From the NCBI RefSeq assembly GCF_009914755.1, contig NC_060936.1: DNA of 64,000 bases. One strand, written 5' to 3'. The DNA is from the human T2T-CHM13v2.0 reference genome, Homo sapiens. The translations under genes and the position numbers were made by a program. A model generated the notes under the pieces. The model was not told where the DNA came from and did no database searches. It was given only the letters and a program-made list of their open reading frames with translations. Positions 19,953 through 31,606 of the stretch are shown piece after piece. The first letter of the stretch is position 1. Each line of letters begins with the position of its first letter.

Positions 19953-20499
19953 AAAAGTGCCTCTTATTTATAGATGTGTTAGCAGGTCGAACCTTGGACA
20001 AATCTAAATTGGAAAATGATCTAATATTAAAGTAAACTGTATGTTTCAATGGAATATTACCTTTATATGTATCGCTAAGCCTATGTTTGCAGATAAGAAA
20101 AAGCACAGGTTTACTTTAAGAAAAAAAAAAAAAACAATGTTTATGGAAGCGAAATCTTGTGCTACAAAGCAACTACCCTGAAACTCACTGTTATTAATTT
20201 TTACCCACTTATTATCATAAAAAAACTAGTTCTCAGATTCTGCATACAGACAGCTTTATGTAAAATATATAAACATTTGTCCAAATTGGTACACAGATTG
20301 CATAAATATGGCAATTAAGATTGCATTTACAGATGTGCATGTACAATGCTGTGCAAATTATCACAATATTACAATTTCAGAAATTATTCAAATTGGTATC
20401 CAAGTAAAGCAATTAGTGAAAAAATACCCATGCAGAATTTAAATATCTCAGAACAAAATTTAAAATGTCTTCATTAAAAGTTCACACATTTAAAATAGT

Positions 20500-20540
20500 T
20501 TTATTCATTTTATTTGTATATGTCAAAATACATTTTTATT
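20500..20540 (-). terminator. Cluster of three AATAAA signals
   Basis: tttatt at 20500-20505, 20509-20514, 20535-20540. Confidence 0.55.
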
Positions 20541-21149
20541 TCCAAAATAGTGGGTTTTGCAACTAGTTTCATGCAGAAACAAGGTCTGCTCAATACTACC
20601 AATAAAATCAATATAGCACAGTAGCTGTTCAGTTTTAGATACAAAGAATAAATAACCTAAATACAAAACACTAAAATATTAGAAACATGTATTTAATCAT
20701 TCTTCACAGGCATCCAAACTTCACAAATATAAACCATAGCATGCCTAACTGTTGTGCAACCAGAACATGTTGCAGTCACTCAAACTGATCAGTTATCTGT
20801 ATATTTTACCTCCACATAAGACCATGGAAATTCTCAATATTCAGACCTACCATTCATACAGTTCAAATATAACCAAAAATAAAACTCCCACAACTATCCT
20901 TGTACCTTTAAAATCAAGAATCCTGAGCTTGGTAGTAAGAGCATAACCTTATATCTTCATAAAACCAATCGAGAGAGAGAGGACTTAAAATCCTGCTTAC
21001 CAAAACACCCTTCCCCAACCCCAAAGTAATCTAAAATAGGCAGTAGAACACAATGACCTTTTAAAATGAAGGGGTACAAATTCACATTTAATATAGTATA
21101 CAATACAATCAATAATACAATCAGCTACTATAAGCTTTACAATGTACAA

Positions 21150-21155
21150 TTTATT
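21150..21155 (-). terminator. Proximal poly(A) signal AATAAA
   Basis: tttatt on + strand about 1.45 kb past the stop, followed (sense) by GU/U-rich sequence. Confidence 0.6.
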
Positions 21156-22596
21156 CAAATGGCTGAACTGTTCAGTGGTTAAGGAGACAGTTATGTGCCA
21201 GAAAGATGTAGTATTTTTTGCATGGTTTAATGAAAATATAAAAGCTATTTGTCCAAATAAAAGCCATCGTCACTATGTACTTGGTTTTGCGCTTTTTTTT
21301 CCTTAAAAAAAAAAAAGGCCACTGAAATGTATAAAATGGTCTGAACATGATGGTGGTATCAAAGTCGATGCCTCTTCACATGGCAATAACAGTGCATTTA
21401 ACATTAACTCACGGGTTAATTCTGCAAATGATTTCATAGCATTACTTTGGCTAGCACAACAGTTTTAGACAGCACTCAGATAAATATAGGTATGTGAAAT
21501 GTAAAGCAATTATCTTATGCAACTTTAATTATGGTTGAGTACTATCAAGTGAAAACTGAAAATAAAAGCACTTTACAGTAGGAAACTTTTGTAAAGATAG
21601 GGCTCCACATAATGTGTAACTTTTAAAGTCTTTATATCACATTGTTAGCAAATTTTGTTTTTTAACACTATCATGGAGTAGCCTACTCTGCATTAGCAGA
21701 CATTTGAAATAAGAAATAGTCAAGCATGCCATGTGGTGGTCTAAAAATCAAAACAATACACTTATTTGTATATACAGCATCACTCAGTACCTGCTAAAAT
21801 GAATGTGAAGATTACAGAATCTAACATCTTATACTACAATAAAAAAAAAGTGACCAATGAAGCAGAAAATAGGAATTAAAAGATCTAACCTCAAATGACT
21901 TTAAAGCATTCATATAAGAAATAAATGCATATTGCACAAACAGTGAAAGCATATGTTCCACCAAGCAATTCAGTTCCAGGTGGGAGACAACACAGCATTA
22001 GCCTAATACATGACAATAATCACAGAAGAGCAAGTGTTCTTTTCTGTAATGAAAAAGCTGTGAAAACATAGAAGACTCTGCCACATGAAGAGTTTAGAAG
22101 GAAAAAATACAAACCCAAACTTAGATGAAAAGCCAAAAAATTTAAATATCGAAAAACTCGAAACTGTGGCACATCAAAAAATGTTGAGTAACTGTCTTCT
22201 GTGAGAGCTGAAAGTTTTTGTTGACACAAAAGTATTTATGTACAACTAAGGCTTACTGGTTAAATATCTGAGGCATATCTGGCCTTGAACACTTTCCTTA
22301 TATGCTGGAGCTGTAAACAAGTTTTCTCAGTCATTAAAAAAAAATCTTCTCAGCAGCTGCATTAACATGAAACAATGGTCTTGATTAAAAAAAAAAACAA
22401 AAAACAAACCAACAACAACAAAAACACCCCAGAAAATTAAACAAAATGAAACAAAAATTCTAGATAAGAGGGCATTTGGCAGGATATCCGAAAATGACAG
22501 TCTCCAAGGATTCTTCCCAGACTTCCAGTGACTGCCAATTATGGTCCACTGGGTTACTAATATGTGCAATTCCATTACTTGCTGCTTTTTTTTTTT

Positions 22597-22683
22597 TTAT
22601 TTGGAAAGTTTGCTTATAACTCTGATCAAGGCCCCATTTTCATCCTTTAGCCTCTGGTTGTCTGCTTTTAGGTCTGGTAACAT
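22597..22683 (-). CDS. PPP1R12A: MYPT1 terminal coding exon: C-terminal leucine zipper (L1007/1014/1021/1028) and stop
   Basis: MLPDLKADNQRLKDENGALIRVISKLSK*; TAG acceptor at 22684-22685, TAA at 22597-22599. Confidence 0.98.
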   Translation of the reverse strand: MLPDLKADNQRLKDENGALIRVISKLSK

Positions 22684-24185
22684 CTATAAAGAGAAAAATT
22701 GAAGATCAAGTTTTACCTTCAATATTAAAAGATAAAACATTATTCTTAATAAATGTTATATTTTCACCACAAAACACATGATCAAGCTTTGTCAGTTATA
22801 TATATTTCTAGTATCTAAAACATGTATCAGGAAGAAGGAAAAAAACCACACCTGGATTTGTAAAGCTAATTAGTTTCATAAATGCTGGAATGAAAGGTTT
22901 ATTCTCTCCAAATTTTCCATTGAAATTTACTAAATCACTTGATTTTATGACTCACAAGCACACCACATTCCAGCAGCCAAGACAAGCCTGTTTTTGTTAG
23001 GATAGGCTCTTAAAAGAGGTTCCTGTCAGCACCTAAACCAAAGACTTTTGCTTTTATGTATGTCAGACCTAAAATCATAATACTTAATATTGTTCCACAA
23101 GAAAGTCAAACTACCTAGGAAAACATTGAGGAAATTAGACTTGTTCTAAATTATTAAAATTCCTTAAACGATTCACCTACAGTAGCTCAGTTTAAAATGC
23201 CTAAACAATGTCCGATCCCAGATAGATGCTTATTAAATGGTAACAAGCAATTACTATTATTAGAATAGTGCATCATGTTTAAGCTAAAGTAGAAAGTCTG
23301 TATCTATGATCCAACTATTACAAAAATAACCAATTTTGAAGCAAATAGCCTCATATCTTCAAACAACACATCTCAATTTTCTGTTGTTTTACAGACAAAT
23401 TGATGAAGGGGTGAAAATATTACAAGTTAACTGAATACTCTACTAAGGATGATTAAAACTGTATGTTCTTTGCCAGTTTCACTAGGAAATGAAATAGCTC
23501 ATATTTTTGGTCCCTAAACCATACTTTCCAAAATAGTCCTCTTTCCTCAGTTTTCAAAATGTATTAGTTTATCTAACTTGATAAAAGTAAAACTTCTATT
23601 TGCAAAACTAGGTAAAGCAAAATCTTTAAGAAGATTTAATTTTACGTGGAACCAATATGTTCTTATCTGTGTTCAGAATCTTTAAGATATAAAATATAGT
23701 AATATTAAGTTTATTCATTTGAATATTTGTAATATAAACTTAAATATAAACTAATGTGGTTCTGACTTCAAATGACATTATTTTGAAAAACATAATGCAT
23801 GCTTAATCTTCAGCTTCAAAATATATTAATTATATGTAAAATGTTATATACTGTTGGTTTTCTCTCTAGTAAAGAACTGTAAATAATAGTCATATTTTAA
23901 GTCCTAAAATATCTGTATAGCTAAAAAATGTGCAAAAGCTTTACAAAAGTACAGATAAGTCTTTAACTTAAATTCCAAAATCATCCCTAATTTTAATGTA
24001 GCTCATCAATTGCAATATACAATTAGTGACAATTTCTAACATTCTAAGAAGCCATGCATAATTAGTTATATGATATGCTCCAGACACAATGGCATTAATT
24101 TGTAAAAGTGAGCTCTTACAAAACACGCCTACTAATATAAAAACACCTGCCTGGCTCTACCAAGAAGAAATGATGAAACTAAAAA

Positions 24186-24320
24186 TTATAGGTTCACAGA
24201 CTGCAGTTGCCTATAGAACCCTGAGCGCTTGGCTACCACTCTTGTCAAGGCCCTATTCTCAGTCAGCAGTCGCTCATTTAACTCCCTCAGAGATTGAATT
24301 TGCTTTATTTGGTGCAGGTT
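24186..24320 (-). CDS. PPP1R12A: Candidate alternative C-terminal exon (44 aa + stop), duplicate of the leucine-zipper exon, MYPT2-like
   Basis: ~50-nt pyrimidine tract then CTGCAG|, followed by [44 protein letters not shown] in phase with exon 25. Confidence 0.7.
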   Translation of the reverse strand, partial: NLHQIKQIQSLRELNERLLTENRALTRVVAKRSGFYRQLQSVNL

Positions 24321-25217
24321 CTGCAGGAATCAGAACATAAAGAAATAGGAATAAAAAATAAGAAAATGGAAAAGAGTATAATAAGAATGTAATCACAGGT
24401 AATTTTTTAAAAATATTACGTCTTAAAGGAACAAGAGATTCAGAAAGGTAAACACTGTATTCCTAAAATTCTATTTCAAACTAAGTAATACATAAGCAAA
24501 CAAAATACAAAAGATTTGTCTCCAATCTTCAAAGCCATTCAATAATGGTCTAATAACAAACCAAACAATTTAATAATGAAATATCTAAATCTTGAACTTC
24601 TAATTCTATGGGTACAACATACTTACTATGCACTGGTTCATTAATTCACAATGTGATAAAGATTTTATGAAGGACAGTGTGGTAAGAGGTAATCAATTAA
24701 CTATGCTACTTGTGAAGACATTCAAAACATAATTATTTCTATAGGTAATATGGAGTTTGATAAAATACAGCTCTGCCTGTTCACTCCCCTAATGTCCTTT
24801 ACTTTCAAAGGAGAACATTTTATAGTAACCCCCTCCACTACTTACTCGCCAAAAAACATGAAAGTATATAGAAACATAAAGAATAAATAATAAATCCTAC
24901 ATCTTATTATTATTGTCTAACTTTTTCTATACCTGAACAGCAAAAGTGCTACACAAATTAATTATCAAAATAATTCGGGTTTTATTTTTTATTTTATTTT
25001 TGCTCCTTCTTTTCATAGGTGTTAAGATTTGGGTTTTAGACCCTCTTCTGGCTCACTAAAACCTGGATTCAGGAAGAAAGAGAAGCACCAGATATAGACA
25101 GTTCACAAATTGGGTAATCAGCTTTGAGAACAATTAATGTAAACCATATCTATAATAGTATTTTAAACATTAATACATAAACAGCACTCTCTCTCATAAG
25201 TAACATAGTTTACTTAC

Positions 25218-25268
25218 TTTGAGCTCTTCTTCCATTTCAGATATTCTTCTTTCTAGAGCTCTTCGTTC
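25218..25268 (-). CDS. PPP1R12A: MYPT1 exon 25 (51 nt)
   Basis: ERRALERRISEMEEELK; TAG acceptor, GTAAGT donor. Confidence 0.97.
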
Positions 25269-25988
25269 CTAGATCGATTTAAGGTACCAATGTTAGTTAT
25301 ATAATTATTATATTCTTAAGTCTTCTTCTATACTGTGAAATAGTGATACTTCAGAATTAAAGGTCCAATCAGGAGCAGTGTAGAAAAGATGTGATGCCAG
25401 TGATATGTAAAGAGCTTTCCAAAATTTGACAAAAATAAATATGAAGATCTTTATCCTTAGAGTACAAGCTCTTAATTTAAAGCTTTGACTTTCTGGGAAG
25501 ATGCTACATAACATATTCAAACTACTTTTTGAGTTCATGTAAAACTTAGAGTGAATCAATACTCAAGACTGAAGACTGTACAGAAAAGAAAAACAAAACT
25601 CACACAAAGATGCAATCATATTACAGTGACAGAAGCAGAAAAGCAAGAAGCAAACATGCCTAAAATATGTGTACTTTGCAATTTCAGAGGAATGTAAGAG
25701 AAGCTCATTTCCTCCACTCACAATGTGTACTAGCCATTATTTATCCAACTGACTTTATAGCTTTGTATTTAGGTTGACATTATGTGTAGCATTAATGCAG
25801 TGAATGTAATAGAAAAGCAACTGCAGCGTTTATTTTAAACTTGTTTCAAAGAGTGACAGGCAAAGCCAACACACAACACATTATTGCAGTGTACTGTTTT
25901 ATTCTCCCTTAAATGATAAGCATTCTGGGGTGTTATGCAAAAAGCAAGCAGCAGTAATTGATGAGCTGTAAAACTGGTTAGGTCATAC

Positions 25989-26019
25989 CGCCCAGAAGAT
26001 ACTGACTCTTGCCGGTCAC
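25989..26019 (-). CDS. PPP1R12A: MYPT1 alternative exon E24 (31 nt); inclusion gives the leucine-zipper-negative isoform
   Basis: GTGACCGGCAAGAGTCAGTATCTTCTGGGCG between AAG acceptor and GTATGA donor; frameshift gives VTGKSQYLLGGTKSSRKKNI* with TGA at 25237-25239, the known LZ- tail. Confidence 0.93.
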
Positions 26020-26589
26020 CTTTCAGATACAAACCATTTAAATTTAGTTTAATCACACTGAAACTATTTCCAAGACACTCTTTCCCAGATTAATAAATAA
26101 TGCTGATATTTAGTCAAGCAGTACATTTACTGTAAATGTTAATGTTTTTAGGGTATGTGATTTTAAAAAGTAGACAGAATCCTACTGATCGTCTTTTAAG
26201 TACCATGTTATTCCAACATCGGCATGCCTAAACATTATTGTATAGACAGAAACATTATTTTCAATACATAGATCTTTCTTCTACTAAATAATACAGTCAT
26301 GACAAATTCATACAAATCATCACACTTCTCAAAATACTAGCACATAAAGTGTCATATTTGATCTTTACCACTTTGCAAAATATCAGAAATAGAATATTTC
26401 TTCTGAGAGGTAATCTCCCTATGAGCCTCAATTTTATTAGGTGTCTTCAAGATTTTAAATTAGTGGTAAAGTAAGACAAGAAAACTACACCCAACTGCCT
26501 GATTCTATTAGCTCAATGAAATTGACATCTGTAAAATGATATGAAATTTCTTATGTTTGACAAACATATTAACATTAAAAAATATAACT

Positions 26590-26904
26590 GGCCAGGCACA
26601 ATGGCTCAAGCCTGTAATCCCAGCACTTTGGGAGGCCTAGGTGAAAGGATGCATAAAGCCAAGAGTTCAAGACCAGCCTTGGCAACAAAGTGAGACCTTG
26701 TCTCCAAAAAGAAATTAAAAAAATAGTTGGGTGTGGAGACATGCACCTGTAGTGCCAGCTATTCTGGAGGCTGATGCAGGAGGATTGCTTGAACCCAGGA
26801 ACTGGAGGATGCAGTGATCGGTGACTGTGCCACTGTACTCCAGCCTGGGTGACAGAGCAATATTCTGTCTCTTTAAAAAAACAGACAAACAAACAAAAAA
26901 AAAA
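26590..26904 (+). mobile_element. Alu (AluJ-like)
   Basis: Diverged Alu consensus. Confidence 0.92.
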
Positions 26905-28482
26905 CACAAGGAAAAAAAATATGGTTTAGAGAAAATGCATGTAAAGTGTTTAATTTTGTGCCTGCTTGATATACAGAGAATGATGAATAAATGTTAGCAG
27001 TTACTATTAATACCATGATTATAGAGAGTGGATTAGCTACTTTGTAATTTATCTGCATTTGACAAGCAGAAAAAGGAGGTTAGGTGAGCTTGTCAGAGTA
27101 TGAATGTGTCTGCATCATGTGTATATTAGAAAAAAAAAGTATCAAAATATCAGCTATCTCTGCATGACAGATTACAGATAATTTAATATTGTCTTCTTTT
27201 GTTAAAGTTTCTGTAATAAACATATTACTTTCATAAGAAAAATTAAATATTTAAAATTGTGATTGTATTTGAAAAATAAATACTACTTTAAGTACAGTTT
27301 GTTATCCATGCCTTTCATCTCAACCGTTAGTATAACAGAGAACTGATTTTATTATTTCTGCCTATCCTGGAGATAAAATTCAGTAACAGTTAAATATTCT
27401 AACAGGATATAATAATATTAAATTTATTAAAACAATATTTTAGCAATTATTATGTCCATTTTGAAAACATGACTCAGAACACTAATTTTTAAAACTTGCA
27501 GAAAGCATAATAAAATGGTAGCTATTGCAAGGTACAACTAGCAAATGACAGACATTATAACACTATTTTTATATTCTTTTTTTTTAACCATTTCTCTTTT
27601 TTTTGGTGAAAAGGGCAAATTGGTTATTTTAAAATAGAATGGAAGAAAAATGTTTTTATATCAATAGCTCCTAAGTATTTACTCTTTGATCATAGCTACC
27701 AGCATGTCATTTCTTCTCTGGTCGAAACCCTACCAAGTCTAGCTACTGCTCAGCTACACTACAAACAATCTTTGGGCACTTTTCCTTTAACTTTTGGATC
27801 ATTTATACATTTTCAACTGATGAGGCTAAACTTGTACAGTTATTCCTATGACTACTCCTAGACCTTTGAGCAACAATAAGTGAAGAGAAATACAAGTGAA
27901 TGTATTACAATCAATAAAAACTTGCAGAAAGACATCAAGTGGCATAAGGATTTTCTTGTAATCTTTTTTTTGTTTAAAATAGCCTACTTAAGTTAAATAT
28001 TTAAACTCAAAATTTTAAAAAATTATTAAATTAACTTTAAAAAGAATTTGAAAATTTGATGTTCCAGATTTAGAAACTTTATTTCAAGAACGAAAGTATT
28101 TTAGGTTTATAAAGAATTAAAATAAATGTATTTATGATTAAAACGTTTTAGGTACAGGCCATAAGAGATAAACGGCATTTCAAAAATATCAAATTCACTA
28201 TCAAAATGTGTATAGTACATTTCAGAATCAAGGCAAGACAGTTTTTTTAAATTCATTAAAAGAATTATGTGGTAAATTAAATTTTATTTAACAAGGTCAT
28301 TTCATACCTAGAGAAACCCCATAGAATTCTATAAAGAAGTTGCTGCAAAATACATTAACTCAATAAATATTTAAACTAATTAAAACTGTCATCCATAATA
28401 ACAAAATAAAAACAAAAAACCTACCATTGTTTACCTAAAACAAGAAAGAAAAAAATAATTATTTAATAAGTGGGACACTTAC

Positions 28483-28530
28483 CCTTTTTTCCATTTCCAA
28501 CAGTGATCTATCAGCAAATCTTTCTTGTCT
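28483..28530 (-). CDS. PPP1R12A: MYPT1 exon 23 (48 nt)
   Basis: RQERFADRSLLEMEKR; CAG acceptor, GTAAGT donor. Confidence 0.97.
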
Positions 28531-29843
28531 CTGCAACAAAGTAAGAAATTATAAAAGAGATAAGTGCAAAAAAGTTCAGGGGTGACCACAGTAATTCTCT
28601 TTTAATAGGTATTAAATCACAATATTCAAGTGGAGTAAAACACAGGTTCGTAAGTAAAGCAAAGAGAAAACAGGATTTGTATTAAAATAATAAAGAGTGC
28701 AATGAATGTTTAGAAATAGAATGGTAACCAGAGCTCTCATTTTATGTTCTCTATCACTTTTCCCCAGGAACTTTCATAGTTTAGCTGGGCGTGAGGGTGA
28801 GTGAGTATGTGGAAGAAAAACAAAAAAAAACTGTAGCTTTCCTTCTGAAGCTCAAATTCTTTCCTTTCCTACACCATCAGGAGTGGCTAATCAGAATGGT
28901 CAGATTCCAGGACCTTGATTGAAATATATTCATCAGCAGGTTGAATGACTCTGTATCCATGCAGCCAGACCAGTAAACTGGCCTTTTTATCTTCTCCCAC
29001 AGCTATCTTGGTCTTGGCTCACACTCTAGGTTTCTTTTCCAATCATCCATGCTCCACAATTGGTTCACATCCACTTTCACTTATAAGAAATTCTAGCTGT
29101 ACAGCTTTCTTCTGCTGGTGAGCTCAGGCCTTTCATTTTTTCCACTTCCTGTACTATCTGACCAGCTCAAAGCTGATGAAATCCTGATATATAAGCTTGG
29201 CTTTAAGGGATGGAAAAGCACCTTGGGTTTTAGCCTACCTGTTGTATCCTGTACTGGAGAGCTCTGGACATTAAGCACAGGCACAGTTTAAGAACAAAAC
29301 AAAAAAAGAAAAAAAAAGAAAAAAACAGTGGCATCTTAGATTTTATTTACATTGATCTCTGTACAAACATCTCCCTTGGAATTCCTGGTCAATTTGCTGA
29401 AAATGAATTCCTCAAAAGCCAACTTGCTGAATAACCAATTTTACTAATTTACCAAAAATGGTTTTTGACCACTTTAACAAGAATGCTTTATGAGTGCTAA
29501 CCACAAAATATGCTTTAAAAACATATTGATTAAACACAATTTCACTGTTAAATGTGGTAATTTTAAAAATATTTCTTTACATAATTTTCTTTTATGCCAA
29601 CCCTTTCAGTATTCATGTTTTAGTATCTCTAGGACTTATAACCAAGTCACTTTTTGATCCCTCTTTCACAATTTTTACGGTTATGGTGTGTAACATTTAA
29701 AGAACTAATCATGGCTAGGTTTTCTTACTTTTTCTCTTATTTTAAAATGGCTTCAAGCTTTTGTGCTTACTCTTTCTGGAAACATAAAAGTCAATATTCC
29801 AATTGGTTCTTGTGAGAAATTCAGTTCAGAATTTCAAATATGA

Positions 29844-30175
<332 letters not shown>

Positions 30176-31303
30176 TTAGTTAATTCTCATTTATTTTTGG
30201 TTTTGAATTTAAACATTTAATTGCTAGAAATATAAAACAAAGGCTGATACACCACGTGAGGATTTAAAAATAAATCATAGAAACTCTTTACAAGACCAAA
30301 AAAATTTTAAATAACATTCAAAAGCACCTGAAAAAAATCAAATAGCCAAAATAATAACAACACATGTAAATTAACAAAACATGGAAAAATAGCATTTCAC
30401 TGGAGATTTTTTCATATGGGAAGATTTTAGCAATTATATGTGGTTTGCCAATTTCATTGATTAGAAAACATTAACATCAGTTTAGATAGTATTTTTACTT
30501 AGTTAACTTTCTTGTTAAACATTCCAGTTAAAGCTGTTAAAATCACAATGGTTAAATCTGGTGAAATGGTCATTTGGCAAAGTGGTATTCAGCAAACTGG
30601 TTCTGGTAAGCTGGCATATTTTTTCCCTTCCTTGGAGATGATATGGGAAGGAGGGTACCTGGGCTAGGGCAAGAGTCAAGGATTCCAGAGTCTCTTGGCT
30701 AAATAGTATCAAACAGACCTAAACTTCAAGATTAATTTCATGCAACTATCAAAACTGCCACTGCTATTTGTGGCAAATATCTGACGCAAATATTTGTGTA
30801 TTTGTGAATAGTTATGAAGTCAATCAATGCCAAAAAAAAAAGGTGGAAAAGTTCACAGTAGATTCAGGATAAATACCTGAAAGTTGAACCCCTGATTAAA
30901 GTTACTTTAATGCTTATCAGTTTTACTTTTATGAATTATACTTCTCATTATTAACTCAGCATACTGGATGCGATACTCAGAGTACCTGCCAAGGCAGAAG
31001 CTGGGATATTTTTTAATCCTACTTCTCTTGCCAGGTAACAGAAATTGGTACCTGACCCACAGGCAACTTTCTGTCCAGTGACCTATGAAATGGTCACTAA
31101 CAAAACAGGCTGCTCCATACTGGGTAGTAACAGGCTAATTCTATCAATTCCCCTCTCTTGCAGGGTTTGACTGAGAGACATACAGGAAGAATTACATGAC
31201 AATGAAGTAGGCAGCAGAGCAGAACACAGAGAAGGCATTAAGTAGCGGAGACACAGATGAGCTGAGTCACCATGACAGAACACTATAGTAGGGAGCAGTG
31301 GAT

Positions 31304-31606
31304 ATTTATTTATTTATTTATTTGAGATGGAGTCTTGCTCTGTCACCCAGGCTGGAGTTGCAGTGGCACGATCTTGGCTTACTGCAACCTCCACCTCCCG
31401 GGTTCAAGCAATTCTCCTGCCTCAGCTCCCAAGTAGCTGGGACTACAGGCGCCCACCACCACACCCAGCTATTTTTTCTGTATTTTTAGTAGAGATGAGG
31501 TTTCACTATGTTGGCCAGGCTGGTCTCGAGCTCGTGACCTCAGGTGATCCGCCCACCTTGGACTCCCAAAGTGCTGGAATTACAGGCGTGAGCCACCGCG
31601 CCTGGC
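31304..31606 (-). mobile_element. Alu (AluS)
   Basis: Reverse consensus; TSD gcagtgga(t/c)at. Confidence 0.93.

Larger units (their letters stand above)
20230..22596 (-). other. PPP1R12A: PPP1R12A 3' UTR (distal end approximate)
   Basis: Repeat-free AU-rich sequence after the stop, with several poly(A) signals, Pumilio elements and miRNA seed matches; end inferred from CATAAA at 20255-20260 plus a U-rich downstream element. Confidence 0.75.

Noticed and set aside
24089-24340. 83-aa plus-strand ORF
   Set aside because: Antisense shadow of the hidden minus-strand exon; no recognisable protein features
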